DNA of 52,708 bases from a virus (taxonomy: Duplodnaviria > Caudoviricetes): the IMG/VR virus record IMGVR_UViG_3300012685_000003, positions 1 to 52,708 of that record, one strand, 5' to 3'. This document shows, piece after piece, positions 33,050 through 42,810 of the stretch. The notes beneath the pieces were generated by a model. That model was not told the origin of the DNA and ran no database searches. It saw only the letters and a program-made list of their open reading frames with translations. Position 1 is the stretch's first letter. The number at the start of each line of letters is the position of its first letter. Made by a program: the position numbers and the translations under genes.

Positions 33050-34587
33050 CAGTTACACGGCTTTGTTACGATAGTTTTAACAGGGGTATCCTTGGTAACT
33101 TGGATACCTACTGAACTCTCATTTGTTACAACTTCTGGTGTCGGGCTGTCATTAACCTTAGTTGTTGGACTAACTAACTCAATAACATAATTGGTTGATA
33201 AAGCTAATTGAGTTGTAACTTGGTCACTAACAGCACTCTCTTTAGTTAGAACTATAACAGCAGGACTATCAATTAATTCTATCTCGTTAACTGGTAACTG
33301 GAAACAAATTGGTTTACATGATTCCCAATTCTCTATGTCCTGACTCTGTAGCCCAACTAATGATTCCCAATTAATTATACTTGTTGTAGTTAATTGTCCT
33401 GTAGCTTCCCAATTACTATCTGATACAACTATTACACCCTGTTGAGATTCCCAATTTATAACTATTGTTAGTGTTACGCCCTGCAAGCCTTCCCAATTAT
33501 CTACGTCTAATGTAACTATTCCCTTAAGTAATTCATCTCTAATTACTATATTCTGAGTTAGAAGTGCAATAGCTTCATAGAAATCAATACTGGCTTGAGT
33601 TAGTCCTTGTTGGCTATCCCAATTTTCAATATCTGACTTAGTTAGTCCCTGTAAAGCTTCCCAATTGTCTACGTCACTAGCTTGAATTCCTTGTAATAAC
33701 TCATCTCTAATTACTTGACTCTTAATAAGTGTTGTTAAAGCTTCCCATATTGTAATACTAACCTGAGCTAATCCTAGTAATGCTTCCCAATTGTCTTGAT
33801 CTGTTACAGTGAGTCCTTGTAAGCTCTCCCAATTATCTATATCATTTGCGCGTATACCTTGTAATAACTCGTCACGCACAACCTGAGATATAACGAGTGT
33901 TATTAGCGATTCCCATATACTTAAACTAGTTTGAGTTAATCCTTGTAACGCCTCCCAATTATCAACATCTGTTACGGATAATCCTTGTAAAGCTTCCCAA
34001 TTATCACTGTCAAGTGCTCTTATTCCCTGTATCAACTCATCAAGTATAACTTGTGTTTTCGCGAGTATAGTAAGCGCTTCCCAAATTGATACACTTGTTA
34101 CTGTTAGTCCTAATTGAGCTTCCCAATTGTCTACATCAGTTTGAGATGCTACTCCAAGTGCTTCGTAATTATCTACATCAAGAGTTCTAATACCTTGCAA
34201 GAGTTCATCAAATATAACTTGTATTTTAGCAATATTACCTTTTATAGCTTCCCAAATTTCTATATCACTAACTGTAAGTAAGCTAAGTGACTCATAATTT
34301 TCTACATCTGTAACTGTTAAAACACCAGCAGCTTCCCAATTTTCGTCAGTTTGTTTAGCTACACCTTGTAATAGCTCGTCTCTATGAACTTGAGTAGTTG
34401 TAGTGAACGATACATCAAATTGTGATATACGCTGAGAACGAGTCCAATATCTATCACTTATGTTAACTAATGGTGTGTAATATAAGTTCTGAGTTGTTCC
34501 ATCGCCTAAGTTAGGAGTTAGATAACTCTGTTGAGTTGAGTATGGTTTTGCCCAATTGGGACTAACCTGTGAATAAAGAGCTGGCAC
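33049..34587 (-). CDS. 14-aa repeat virion protein, long paralogue, putative fibre
   Basis: More than 20 copies of the DVDNWEALQGLTxT-type unit. Confidence 0.7.
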   Translation of the reverse strand: MPALYSQVSPNWAKPYSTQQSYLTPNLGDGTTQNLYYTPLVNISDRYWTRSQRISQFDVSFTTTTQVHRDELLQGVAKQTDENWEAAGVLTVTDVENYESLSLLTVSDIEIWEAIKGNIAKIQVIFDELLQGIRTLDVDNYEALGVASQTDVDNWEAQLGLTVTSVSIWEALTILAKTQVILDELIQGIRALDSDNWEALQGLSVTDVDNWEALQGLTQTSLSIWESLITLVISQVVRDELLQGIRANDIDNWESLQGLTVTDQDNWEALLGLAQVSITIWEALTTLIKSQVIRDELLQGIQASDVDNWEALQGLTKSDIENWDSQQGLTQASIDFYEAIALLTQNIVIRDELLKGIVTLDVDNWEGLQGVTLTIVINWESQQGVIVVSDSNWEATGQLTTTSIINWESLVGLQSQDIENWESCKPICFQLPVNEIELIDSPAVIVLTKESAVSDQVTTQLALSTNYVIELVSPTTKVNDSPTPEVVTNESSVGIQVTKDTPVKTIVTKPCN

Positions 34588-35019
34588 TTATTCATCTACG
34601 ACAACGTGATTATCCACGGCAGCGGAGTTAGTTGTTATATTCCAGAATACAATTGAGTTAGATACGGCGATACAAAGTCCTCTTGGAAATGCCCAGATAA
34701 CTCCTGTACCAATTGTAGCGGGCAATGAAATTCTACGGAAGAAATCAACAGGAACAGTAGGTCCAGTTCCCCAAGCTAATGCAGTAGTTACCGTACCTGC
34801 TGGTAATGCTGGGTCCTCAGCTAATACAGTAACTGGAGAAGTTGGGGTAATCCCAATAGCAGCAGGACGCCCGATACCATAAACAGATGCAGTAGCAGCA
34901 GCTAAGAATATTCCAGTCTCCAGAATATATGCTCTATCTGATGCAGCCGTGCGTACTTCTTCATTAGCTGCGCCAGTTGTAGTTACTGTCGAGCGTCGAG
35001 CTAGAGAGTAAATAGCCAT
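34588..35019 (-). CDS. Putative virion structural protein
   Basis: T/A/V-rich, beta-sandwich-like. Confidence 0.55.
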   Translation of the reverse strand: MAIYSLARRSTVTTTGAANEEVRTAASDRAYILETGIFLAAATASVYGIGRPAAIGITPTSPVTVLAEDPALPAGTVTTALAWGTGPTVPVDFFRRISLPATIGTGVIWAFPRGLCIAVSNSIVFWNITTNSAAVDNHVVVDE

Positions 35020-35283
35020 TTATGGCCGTCCTTTATACTGATCTGGAACATCAGTAGCAGCACCACAAGTTGGACAAAGTATGATGCGTTGGCACTCGTC
35101 AAACGTAGCTATAAATTTGTGTTTATCAGCATCACCAGTTATACCTGGACATTGAAGTTGAATACTAACGTGGCGCTTAACTGGCACTTTGTAAGCAACT
35201 TGCTCTGATAACGGACGAGTTGCATCATCTTGTGGTAGCGGAATTACTACAACTGGTAATTGAGGATCGGTAGGTAGCGTCAT
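35020..35283 (-). CDS. Small Cys-containing protein
   Basis: CPG...H...CPTCG. Confidence 0.6.
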   Translation of the reverse strand: MTLPTDPQLPVVVIPLPQDDATRPLSEQVAYKVPVKRHVSIQLQCPGITGDADKHKFIATFDECQRIILCPTCGAATDVPDQYKGRP

Positions 35284-35501
35284 TTTCTTAGCCCATTTAA
35301 GAAGATAGGAACACTTGGAGCTACTAAATGTTCATACATTACGAAAGTTCCAGTTCCATCGCAATCAGTGCAAACTAACCAATCACCATTATGAATACTA
35401 ACCTTTTCTCTATTAGAAATAGCTTCTCTAGCTCGCTCATTAAGTGGCAAATATCCAGTTCCTAAGCAAGTAACACAAGGTGTCTCTTTACGCTCACTCA
35501 T
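35280..35501 (-). CDS. DnaJ-type CxxCxGxG zinc-finger small protein
   Basis: CVTCLGTG...CTDCDGTG. Confidence 0.7.
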   Translation of the reverse strand: MSERKETPCVTCLGTGYLPLNERAREAISNREKVSIHNGDWLVCTDCDGTGTFVMYEHLVAPSVPIFLNGLRK

Positions 35502-36265
35502 ATACTTGCCACCGTAATTTGAGAAGTAAATTGGCTATTAGCAGTAGTAACTGGTCCAGCTCCTGCCGTAGCTGTTTGCTGCCACCAAACACCTTGAACA
35601 TCACTAGTAGCCAAATCAGAACCAACTTGGTCAATATTATCATCTACGAACGTTATGCCACCAGGAACAGCTAATCTATTAGCTATGGTAACGGTATCAT
35701 TCTTAGAGGTATGAATACCTTGTTGAATAATTGCTGCTGGATCAGCCGACAGTCGGTAAGTTGGTCCAAGTGCTGTAAGTGCATCAGCGTTGAGCCAGAA
35801 TGTCTTATCGTAGCGAGTTGTCGTAACTACTGCGTCTGAGTATGCATTTGGGAAGACTCTTGACCATCTACGGCTTGTTGCTGTTATCGGGTTTAGGCTG
35901 ATATAGACAGTGAATGGTGTGGCATCTTTTGCTATAGTAATTGGATCGCCGTCAGTAGCAGCACTAAATGACACACTCAAAATACGTTCGGGCGCATTAA
36001 GACCATTTAATGAAATCGGAGATGGACCAACAGCTTTTGTGTCAGTATCTATCTTACCTGTATTCTGGCTTCGTGCTTTAACTGTTACGTTCACTCCTGT
36101 ATCTAGTCCTGTTCCTCCACTAACACGCACAGAAAAACCACCTGGATCACCTTGCCAAGCAACTAGTGGCGAAGCTGAATCTATAGCTCCACCTACCGTA
36201 GAAGTATCATTCTGCGGAACATTAACTGTGTTCCATGCAGTAAGATTAGCAGCAGAGATTGACAC
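35498..36265 (-). CDS. Virion protein, paralogue of 37037-37774
   Basis: Shared YDKxFWxNA, RLSADP, TIANRLxxPGGITFVDDNIDQ. Confidence 0.7.
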   Translation of the reverse strand: MSISAANLTAWNTVNVPQNDTSTVGGAIDSASPLVAWQGDPGGFSVRVSGGTGLDTGVNVTVKARSQNTGKIDTDTKAVGPSPISLNGLNAPERILSVSFSAATDGDPITIAKDATPFTVYISLNPITATSRRWSRVFPNAYSDAVVTTTRYDKTFWLNADALTALGPTYRLSADPAAIIQQGIHTSKNDTVTIANRLAVPGGITFVDDNIDQVGSDLATSDVQGVWWQQTATAGAGPVTTANSQFTSQITVASI

Positions 36266-36645
36266 TAATCACTCAAATTGAAATAAGGTGAACGAAAGCT
36301 AATTTTCATTCCACACTTTGGACAAGGTACACTCTTATCTGGTCCACCAATAGCTGTTAAATCAGAATGATCTTCTCCATTAAATGGATATTTAACGATA
36401 ATATCGTTAAAGTTATATCCACAACCTTCACGCAAGATGCTATCCATAAATTGTAGCGCATAACCTTTATCTTCACCACCAACATAGCCAACTACATCTC
36501 TCATCTTAGCGTACTCTTTTTCAGCTCCTTCTTTCTTAGGACCTTTACAAGTACGCTGAACTGATCTAACTACTGCCATTGCTTCTTCTAACGTTACTTT
36601 CTCTCCCTTATCTACACGTTGACCAATCAATTCAATCTCGTTCAT
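36265..36645 (-). CDS. Hypothetical Cys-containing protein
   Basis: TCKGP...GCGY...CPKCG. Confidence 0.65.
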   Translation of the reverse strand: MNEIELIGQRVDKGEKVTLEEAMAVVRSVQRTCKGPKKEGAEKEYAKMRDVVGYVGGEDKGYALQFMDSILREGCGYNFNDIIVKYPFNGEDHSDLTAIGGPDKSVPCPKCGMKISFRSPYFNLSD

Positions 36646-37037
36646 CTTTTTCTCCTATCATCAAGTCGTAATTCAATCCTGTTCATTCTATCAGTTAGAC
36701 GAAGTTCAGATTCACCTATTAATGCTGCTACATCAGAACTTATTTTATGCCACGGTCTAGCAGCAAATTCTGCTCTGAGTTGATCTATAGCTTCACCATG
36801 AATCTTTGTTCTCTCAGAAATACGACCTTCAAACTCAGAGAGACGATTATTTAAATCACCTATTTCAGCTACAAGATAGCTATTACCTTGACTAGAACCA
36901 CCATTTTTCTTAGCATCCTTCTTTTCTATTACTTTTAGAGCACCCCAAGTAATCACACCAACAAATCCAGCTAACGAAAACAAAAGTTGTGCAATAGCAC
37001 CAATATCACCTGATGGAGGTCCGCCTGGAATCTGCAT
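36642..37037 (-). CDS. Single-TM coiled-coil membrane protein, holin-like candidate
   Basis: IGAIAQLLFSLAGFVGVITWGAL followed by KK and a coiled coil. Confidence 0.5.
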   Translation of the reverse strand: MQIPGGPPSGDIGAIAQLLFSLAGFVGVITWGALKVIEKKDAKKNGGSSQGNSYLVAEIGDLNNRLSEFEGRISERTKIHGEAIDQLRAEFAARPWHKISSDVAALIGESELRLTDRMNRIELRLDDRRKR

Positions 37038-37774
37038 TATACAGTTGCACCACTTAACTGTGTGGTTAATGTTGTACGATGTGCAGGATCACTGGCCGGT
37101 AAGTTTTCTTCGATCCATAATCCAATATCCGTTAATGCTTCTAAAGTTGTACCAGGAACATCTTGATCTATATTATCATCAACAAATGTTATCCCGCCTG
37201 GAGCTGTTAATCTATTAGCTATCGTCGTACTATCACCTTTTGATGTATGAACTCCTACACGTATACGTGCATCAGGGTCTGCTGATAAACGAGTTTTAGC
37301 TACAGTAAGTGTTAGCGTAGCATGAGCATTGCGCCAAAAGACTTTATCATATCTAATTAGAATTCCACTAGAAGAAGCCGATCGTTTGAATAATGCAGAA
37401 GTTCCCTTTTCAGAAGCTGGAATAACATAGATAGTAGCACCACTAGGTTGACGTCTAAATGTAACAGTTCCAACTGCGTCAGCAACCATCGCCATATCAA
37501 GTATTCGTTCAAATACTTGCGTTCCCGTTTTGATCGTAGTACCTGTTAACGTTAGTGTTTCAGCTACTGTAGCTCCTGTTGAAGAACGACCATTAGCAGT
37601 AGCGTTACCAGTATCGCTAGCACTGGTTGACACATATTCAGTATCGTCATTGGCTGCTAATTGTGTAAATGCTGGTCTAATATCAATATCTCGACCACCG
37701 CCACCAGTAGTTGTATCATCCGTTGGTCGGTTGGCAGCGTTGTAACAAACTAAATCTGTTGCTACAATTGACAT
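37037..37774 (-). CDS. Virion protein, paralogue of 35498-36265
   Basis: Shared motifs listed for the paralogue. Confidence 0.7.
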   Translation of the reverse strand: MSIVATDLVCYNAANRPTDDTTTGGGGRDIDIRPAFTQLAANDDTEYVSTSASDTGNATANGRSSTGATVAETLTLTGTTIKTGTQVFERILDMAMVADAVGTVTFRRQPSGATIYVIPASEKGTSALFKRSASSSGILIRYDKVFWRNAHATLTLTVAKTRLSADPDARIRVGVHTSKGDSTTIANRLTAPGGITFVDDNIDQDVPGTTLEALTDIGLWIEENLPASDPAHRTTLTTQLSGATV

Positions 37775-37897
37775 AGATCAACCTACTTTCTTCTGATTCT
37801 TACCGATGATCCAACCGATGAATATACCGAATGAAAAGGTAATGAGATATGAAATAAAACTTAAGCTGTCCATTTATATAGCCCTTGTTAGGGTTCA

Positions 37898-39268
37898 CTA
37901 TGGCCTATGCCAGATAACAATGTTATCCCACCATTGGCTTTGAGCTTGTGGCGCACCGCCGTTGAGCACACTTGGAAATTGAATTGGTGAGCCAAAATCA
38001 TTAGTCCGTGTCCAAGTCTGGTGATACGAAGCACTAGCGAGATCAGCTCCATTATAGTCAATTACTAATATTCCATCTATCCATAACTGTATTATACCAT
38101 CACCTACATCAATTCCACTCTCTTTTACATAATGCATAGTGAAGCGATGTAACAAACCATCTGCAATCGCATTAGGATCTTTAATACCTAAAGCCAAATG
38201 TTGTTTGATAATCTGACTAAACCCTGGCTTTACAGAACCAGTTTGCATATCAATAGTAACATTCCAGCCCAACGATCCTAATGCTCCATAGATCGGTGGA
38301 TTAGCTGATTCTACATTCGCCAATAGTGAAATCCGACCACCAGTAACATTGTTACCATCACGGAAGATGATAAGTTCTTTTGAGGCGTTCCCTCTAGAAC
38401 AGCCGCCCGCGGACCACCAGAACTTATAACCTGGTTGAAAAGCAGCTTCGAAGCTTACAAACCATTCTCGTCCAGTCCATGATCCTCCAACAATTGGACG
38501 TTCTAATAATATATCAGCGTCATACGCACCTAAACAACCGTCATAGTTATAATGGAACTCAACGACCTTACGTCCTGTAAATTGAGTTGTATTTAGTATG
38601 ATAGTCCCATGTGACTGTTTATTTACATAAGCCGCAAGTAAACTCGCGGTATCAACGTAACTCTCAAACGAGTCTATGTAGGCAATTATATCACCAGGTA
38701 ACACTTTTGGTTCACTACTCAATACTGGTGGTGGTCCCAACATAGTAGTCGTAGCACTTACTACATTTGACAGCCCACCAAACATAGCAGAGACATTAAG
38801 GACACCGCGATATGATACTAGCTGGAATTGATAACTAGTAACAGGCACTAATCCGGTAACAACAATTGTTCTCTTTGCGCCGATAGTAGTTCCAACTAGT
38901 GAAGGAATAGCAGTTCCAGTTGACCACGATAACGTTCCAGCAGCGTAGCGTATCTCATAACTAGCAGGCTTACCAGAACCATCATCTACTTCAGTAAACG
39001 CTAGAGTTATCGTATTAGGAGTTACACTAGCGACTGTAAGATCATTAACCGTTAAAGGAGCTGTAACTACTATGGGAGGAGGAGGAGGTGGTGGCGGAAG
39101 AACTACTATAGGCATTTCCAACTTTAAGATACGAGCAGTAAGATCATCAACCCGTTTAGTAATGGCATCACTGAACGTATCAAACTCCATCTTATCTGGG
39201 ACAGTAACGAACGGGCTTTGCGTCGGAACTGTAGCACTCATGTTGTTATAGTTCTCCGTCGAGGCCAA
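37898..39268 (-). CDS. Fn3 plus ConA-like/polysaccharide-lyase-fold protein, putative adhesin or receptor-binding protein
   Basis: Poly-Pro linker; Fn3 (ITLAF..YEIRY..VTGLVPVTSYQFQL..SNVVSATT); DGIIQLWIDG...WWDNIVIW. Confidence 0.7.
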   Translation of the reverse strand: MASTENYNNMSATVPTQSPFVTVPDKMEFDTFSDAITKRVDDLTARILKLEMPIVVLPPPPPPPPIVVTAPLTVNDLTVASVTPNTITLAFTEVDDGSGKPASYEIRYAAGTLSWSTGTAIPSLVGTTIGAKRTIVVTGLVPVTSYQFQLVSYRGVLNVSAMFGGLSNVVSATTTMLGPPPVLSSEPKVLPGDIIAYIDSFESYVDTASLLAAYVNKQSHGTIILNTTQFTGRKVVEFHYNYDGCLGAYDADILLERPIVGGSWTGREWFVSFEAAFQPGYKFWWSAGGCSRGNASKELIIFRDGNNVTGGRISLLANVESANPPIYGALGSLGWNVTIDMQTGSVKPGFSQIIKQHLALGIKDPNAIADGLLHRFTMHYVKESGIDVGDGIIQLWIDGILVIDYNGADLASASYHQTWTRTNDFGSPIQFPSVLNGGAPQAQSQWWDNIVIWHRP

Positions 39269-39929
39269 TTACCTCTAAACCAGCACGGTGGCTATCTTCC
39301 TGTTCTTTAACGTCAGTTGTTGATAAGCCATCTATTAATGAACCTTGAAATGAACGAGTTATTCTAGCTCCATCATAATCTCTATTAACACCTACTTGTG
39401 CCCGCCACACTCCACCAAGCATAATCACTTCATGCCACTCATGCGGAACAGGAGGAGTAGTGTTATTATTATCTAAATCAGCTAATGTTGCTCTATATTT
39501 AATTGTCAAGGTATAAGTATTGTCAGGGGTTCTCCACACTCTTATACCATTACTCTCTCTAAAGTATAATTCAGGCTTACTTTGAGAATCAACTCTATTT
39601 TCATATTTCTGGCTGAATACATCTCTATCTATTCTATCTAGCGGCTTGTGAGAGAAATCTGTTAAATCTTCAATATCAATATTTTTAATTGCGTCGAACA
39701 GTGTAGGAATTTGATAAAAATTGGTTCCTTGAACAGTTGGAAACGATCCAATTACCTCTTGTTCACGGAAACCAAACTTAGCACATATTTCCCAAAACGA
39801 TCTATTAAGGAAAGTATCTGCACCAGTTTTATCATTAGTATCTTGGTCAGGAATTTCATCTTGAGAATCACCAATCATTCCTAAGTGTTCGCGCAATTGA
39901 CGACGCAAACCTGCAATATCAATAGGCAC
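39246..39929 (-). CDS. Head-tail adaptor (tail tubular A-like)
   Basis: TVQGTNFYQIP..GIRVWRTPDNTYTLTIKY..P.EWHEVIMLG; synteny. Confidence 0.7.
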   Translation of the reverse strand: MPIDIAGLRRQLREHLGMIGDSQDEIPDQDTNDKTGADTFLNRSFWEICAKFGFREQEVIGSFPTVQGTNFYQIPTLFDAIKNIDIEDLTDFSHKPLDRIDRDVFSQKYENRVDSQSKPELYFRESNGIRVWRTPDNTYTLTIKYRATLADLDNNNTTPPVPHEWHEVIMLGGVWRAQVGVNRDYDGARITRSFQGSLIDGLSTTDVKEQEDSHRAGLEVIGLDGEL

Positions 39930-40210
39930 TATTTACACTCCGCGTATATGTCTAATGAGTCCTCTGAACCAACTTTATTAATGACAACTTGAACACGGCA
40001 GCGACCATAAACAACTATTGGAACTCCATTAATAGGATGAGAAACTGGTACATTAGTATCCGCTCCCGTGCACTCGATAAGGATTTGCGAGTCCTTATGA
40101 TTGCTACTAATGTACCAGTTTCCCTCTCCTAACGGAACCAGCGGGCCTTTTCCACCTACTAAGTTCCGTGCTCTTGCACCGATCAATAACGGTAACCGAA
40201 CCATTTTCAA
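39929..40210 (-). CDS. Hypothetical virion protein
   Basis: GGAG RBS; late arm. Confidence 0.55.
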   Translation of the reverse strand: MKMVRLPLLIGARARNLVGGKGPLVPLGEGNWYISSNHKDSQILIECTGADTNVPVSHPINGVPIVVYGRCRVQVVINKVGSEDSLDIYAECK

Positions 40211-40226
40211 TAATCTCCTTAGCTAT

Positions 40227-40766
40227 TTAGTAACTTACCAACACCCTAGCTTTATCACCGTTGGCTGCTGTTGCATCAACCATCGTAGCAACAACACCCA
40301 TTGCATCGGTTACGGCGGCTGTTGCACTAGCTACTAACCTTCCAGCGGTTGTAGCAGAGAAAGTAACTTGTGTTCCTGCTGCAATAGCACTATCACCAAT
40401 ACCGATGCAAATACCACGATAACAAACTAGGACAATATCATTAGCATTACCAGCAACTTCACCTACATCAAGTGGAGTTTGTAGAGCCTCTAAAATGTAA
40501 TCTGCAATAGCCCTAGGAACTCCACCAACTACAATTCCTGCTCTTTTTAACCTATCGCCAGCGGTAGTGGACTTATTAACTGTGAACGCTGCTGACCAGA
40601 ATACAGCATCCCCAATAAGTAGAGTAGCCGCTGCTTTGGCTACTAAGCAAAGTCCACCGTTAGCATAAGCACCACCATCTAATCCATCATCATCATTCGT
40701 TAAGATAAATGGAAAGACAGTAGGTTTCTTACCACTTACTGCGACAGGGCCAGGTACCCACACCAT
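40227..40766 (-). CDS. Capsid decoration/cement-like protein
   Basis: Directly after the MCP; G/A/V-rich DUF2190-like pattern. Confidence 0.55.
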   Translation of the reverse strand: MVWVPGPVAVSGKKPTVFPFILTNDDDGLDGGAYANGGLCLVAKAAATLLIGDAVFWSAAFTVNKSTTAGDRLKRAGIVVGGVPRAIADYILEALQTPLDVGEVAGNANDIVLVCYRGICIGIGDSAIAAGTQVTFSATTAGRLVASATAAVTDAMGVVATMVDATAANGDKARVLVSY

Positions 40767-40786
40767 AAATTAGGCTCCTTTCGCAG

Positions 40787-41698
40787 TTATGTGGGAAATG
40801 CGCCAGCGTGGCCATGAAAATCCACTACGAAAACGAGAAAGCGCGTTGTGCATTTATATAAAGCTACGTCCGTATTGAAATCGAAACTATCATCGAACTC
40901 AACAGGACGGCGCACAACGTACTGAGCATCGTTCATAGTGCTGTCAATCAACCCGTACGATTCAGTTAAACTCTTGAAATATGAACGTACGTGTTTAATT
41001 CCAGGTAAACGCTTCTTAACTGCGTTATCCTGGTTTTCTGCTGTAAACGGTTCCTTATCGGAACCGAAAATTTGGAGAGCCTTGCTCCACTTTTGCGGAC
41101 TGTACCAAACAGTATCCGGGTTAGTGGGAGCAGGATCACCATTCCAATCCTTACTTAACTGGTGCAGATCGAGTAACGCGGTAACGCCCGTCACACTTAA
41201 TCCAATATCCTGTGAAGGACGTGTAGCCATCGTTACACCAACGTTACTTCCAAACAACGTGTGAGCTGTATTAAATAACGATAAGCCATCAATACATTTA
41301 AATGTTGCTCCTGCGGCTCCATCATCAAGTAACGCAGCACCACGATATTCAGAAGTCATACGTGCAGCGTGAGCTAACCACTTAGCTGCTTGATTAGCTT
41401 TCTTATACTTATCATCTTCAACAGTACGACGTGTAATCATGAACCCAAGCGCAAACTCCTTATCTACTCCAACAACCTTCGGACCTAACTTGGGGTCTTC
41501 GTAACGAATTGGCTCACCATCACCACGTTCAAGCAATAATCTCATACCCGTGATAATGGTAGCTTCAATCTCGGGGCCATCCATAGTACCCACTTTTAAA
41601 TAACCTGGATACTGTGGCTCCATATCTTTCCACTCATCGCGGAAATCCTTACGCAAACCAGCGCGATAGAGTTGGTTAAATGATCCTTGGGTTTTCAT
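40787..41698 (-). CDS. Major capsid protein (HK97 fold, Mu gpT-like family)
   Basis: 303 aa; AAGGAG RBS; EGEPI.YE-like, FALGF.ITR..VEDDKY, DGLSLF.TAH, FDFNTD...YK...R. Confidence 0.85.
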   Translation of the reverse strand: MKTQGSFNQLYRAGLRKDFRDEWKDMEPQYPGYLKVGTMDGPEIEATIITGMRLLLERGDGEPIRYEDPKLGPKVVGVDKEFALGFMITRRTVEDDKYKKANQAAKWLAHAARMTSEYRGAALLDDGAAGATFKCIDGLSLFNTAHTLFGSNVGVTMATRPSQDIGLSVTGVTALLDLHQLSKDWNGDPAPTNPDTVWYSPQKWSKALQIFGSDKEPFTAENQDNAVKKRLPGIKHVRSYFKSLTESYGLIDSTMNDAQYVVRRPVEFDDSFDFNTDVALYKCTTRFLVFVVDFHGHAGAFPT

Positions 41699-41715
41699 CC
41701 AAACTCCTTTCGCGC

Positions 41716-42222
41716 TTAGGCGGTTAAGACAAGGACAGCTTCAAGGAACTTCCAGAACACGATCTTGTTGTCAATATCAATATCTTCGATAATGACAGCA
41801 ACAGTTGTAACGTCAGCTTGATTAACTCCCCACTCACCAGCAGCAGTTCTAATTAAACCATACTTCTTGTGCATATCTGCTTGAACTGGTGTAACAGGGT
41901 CAGTACCACCGTTAATCATTCTGCTTGAGAATACTGTTAATCTATCAGCCATTGCTACGCTGACTTCTTGTACCTGACCAGTTCTAGCTACAACTAATGA
42001 ATCAAAGTTTAAGCTAGCACCCGGTTTCGAGCCTGCATCTTCAAGTGCAACGCCGATAATTGTTACAGCGGCAGATGCACCTTCGATAACTCGGCCCGTT
42101 GCAGCATCTGGAATCAGTACGGCACCGTTTTTAAATGTCTGTCCAGTAGTAAAGAACTTACTCCCTACAACTGGAACGCCGTTGCCACCTGGAGCCGATG
42201 CTGGCGTAATAATGCGGCCCAT
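41716..42222 (-). CDS. Putative capsid cement/minor capsid protein
   Basis: Immediately upstream of the MCP; beta-rich. Confidence 0.55.
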   Translation of the reverse strand: MGRIITPASAPGGNGVPVVGSKFFTTGQTFKNGAVLIPDAATGRVIEGASAAVTIIGVALEDAGSKPGASLNFDSLVVARTGQVQEVSVAMADRLTVFSSRMINGGTDPVTPVQADMHKKYGLIRTAAGEWGVNQADVTTVAVIIEDIDIDNKIVFWKFLEAVLVLTA

Positions 42223-42246
42223 TCAGTTCTCCAGTTAATGAGGAAA

Positions 42247-42810
42247 TTACGTGTTTGTTACTTGCTCACCTGTACCTTGTAAGGCCGCAACAAGTTCGTC
42301 CTTACGTGCTGTCTTAAACGTGCTTTCCTCAATAATAGGAACGTCAGCTTGTTCTGCTTGAGCCTTAAATTCTTTTTCTTCTTTCACTCCATCAATATCA
42401 AAACCAAGCGATTTCTTTTGAGCTGCTGTACCATGCATTCTAATATATTGCTCATAACGAACTTCATCAATAATCTCTTTATCTTCTTTTAAACATACCA
42501 TGTAAATAGTATCACCTACAATAGACATATCAGTACCATCAGAATGGAGAGCGCGCTTAGGTGCATACTCTTTATCAATCCAGAAACCAAGAGCACGTTT
42601 ACGTTCAATAGCTAAAGAATCACGCTCAACCCATTCACCATGCAAGTGAGGAGGTAAATTCTCAACGGTTGTACGATCAGCAACAATACCTCGCTCTAAG
42701 ATACGAACTGCTCTAGCTTTACGATCTTCCCTACTCATTGATTTACGGACTTCTTCTTCTGTTAATGTAGCTATTCCAGTACCAGTATTTACTTCGCGTT
42801 CCTCAGACAT
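42247..42810 (-). CDS. Head-module hypothetical protein
   Basis: Between scaffold and capsid genes. Confidence 0.65.
   Translation of the reverse strand: MSEEREVNTGTGIATLTEEEVRKSMSREDRKARAVRILERGIVADRTTVENLPPHLHGEWVERDSLAIERKRALGFWIDKEYAPKRALHSDGTDMSIVGDTIYMVCLKEDKEIIDEVRYEQYIRMHGTAAQKKSLGFDIDGVKEEKEFKAQAEQADVPIIEESTFKTARKDELVAALQGTGEQVTNT

Noticed and set aside
33300-34400. CRISPR array or DGR template/variable repeats
   Set aside because: The 42-nt periodicity is in-frame coding repeat with synonymous variation; there are no unique spacers, no reverse transcriptase and no adenine-specific divergence.
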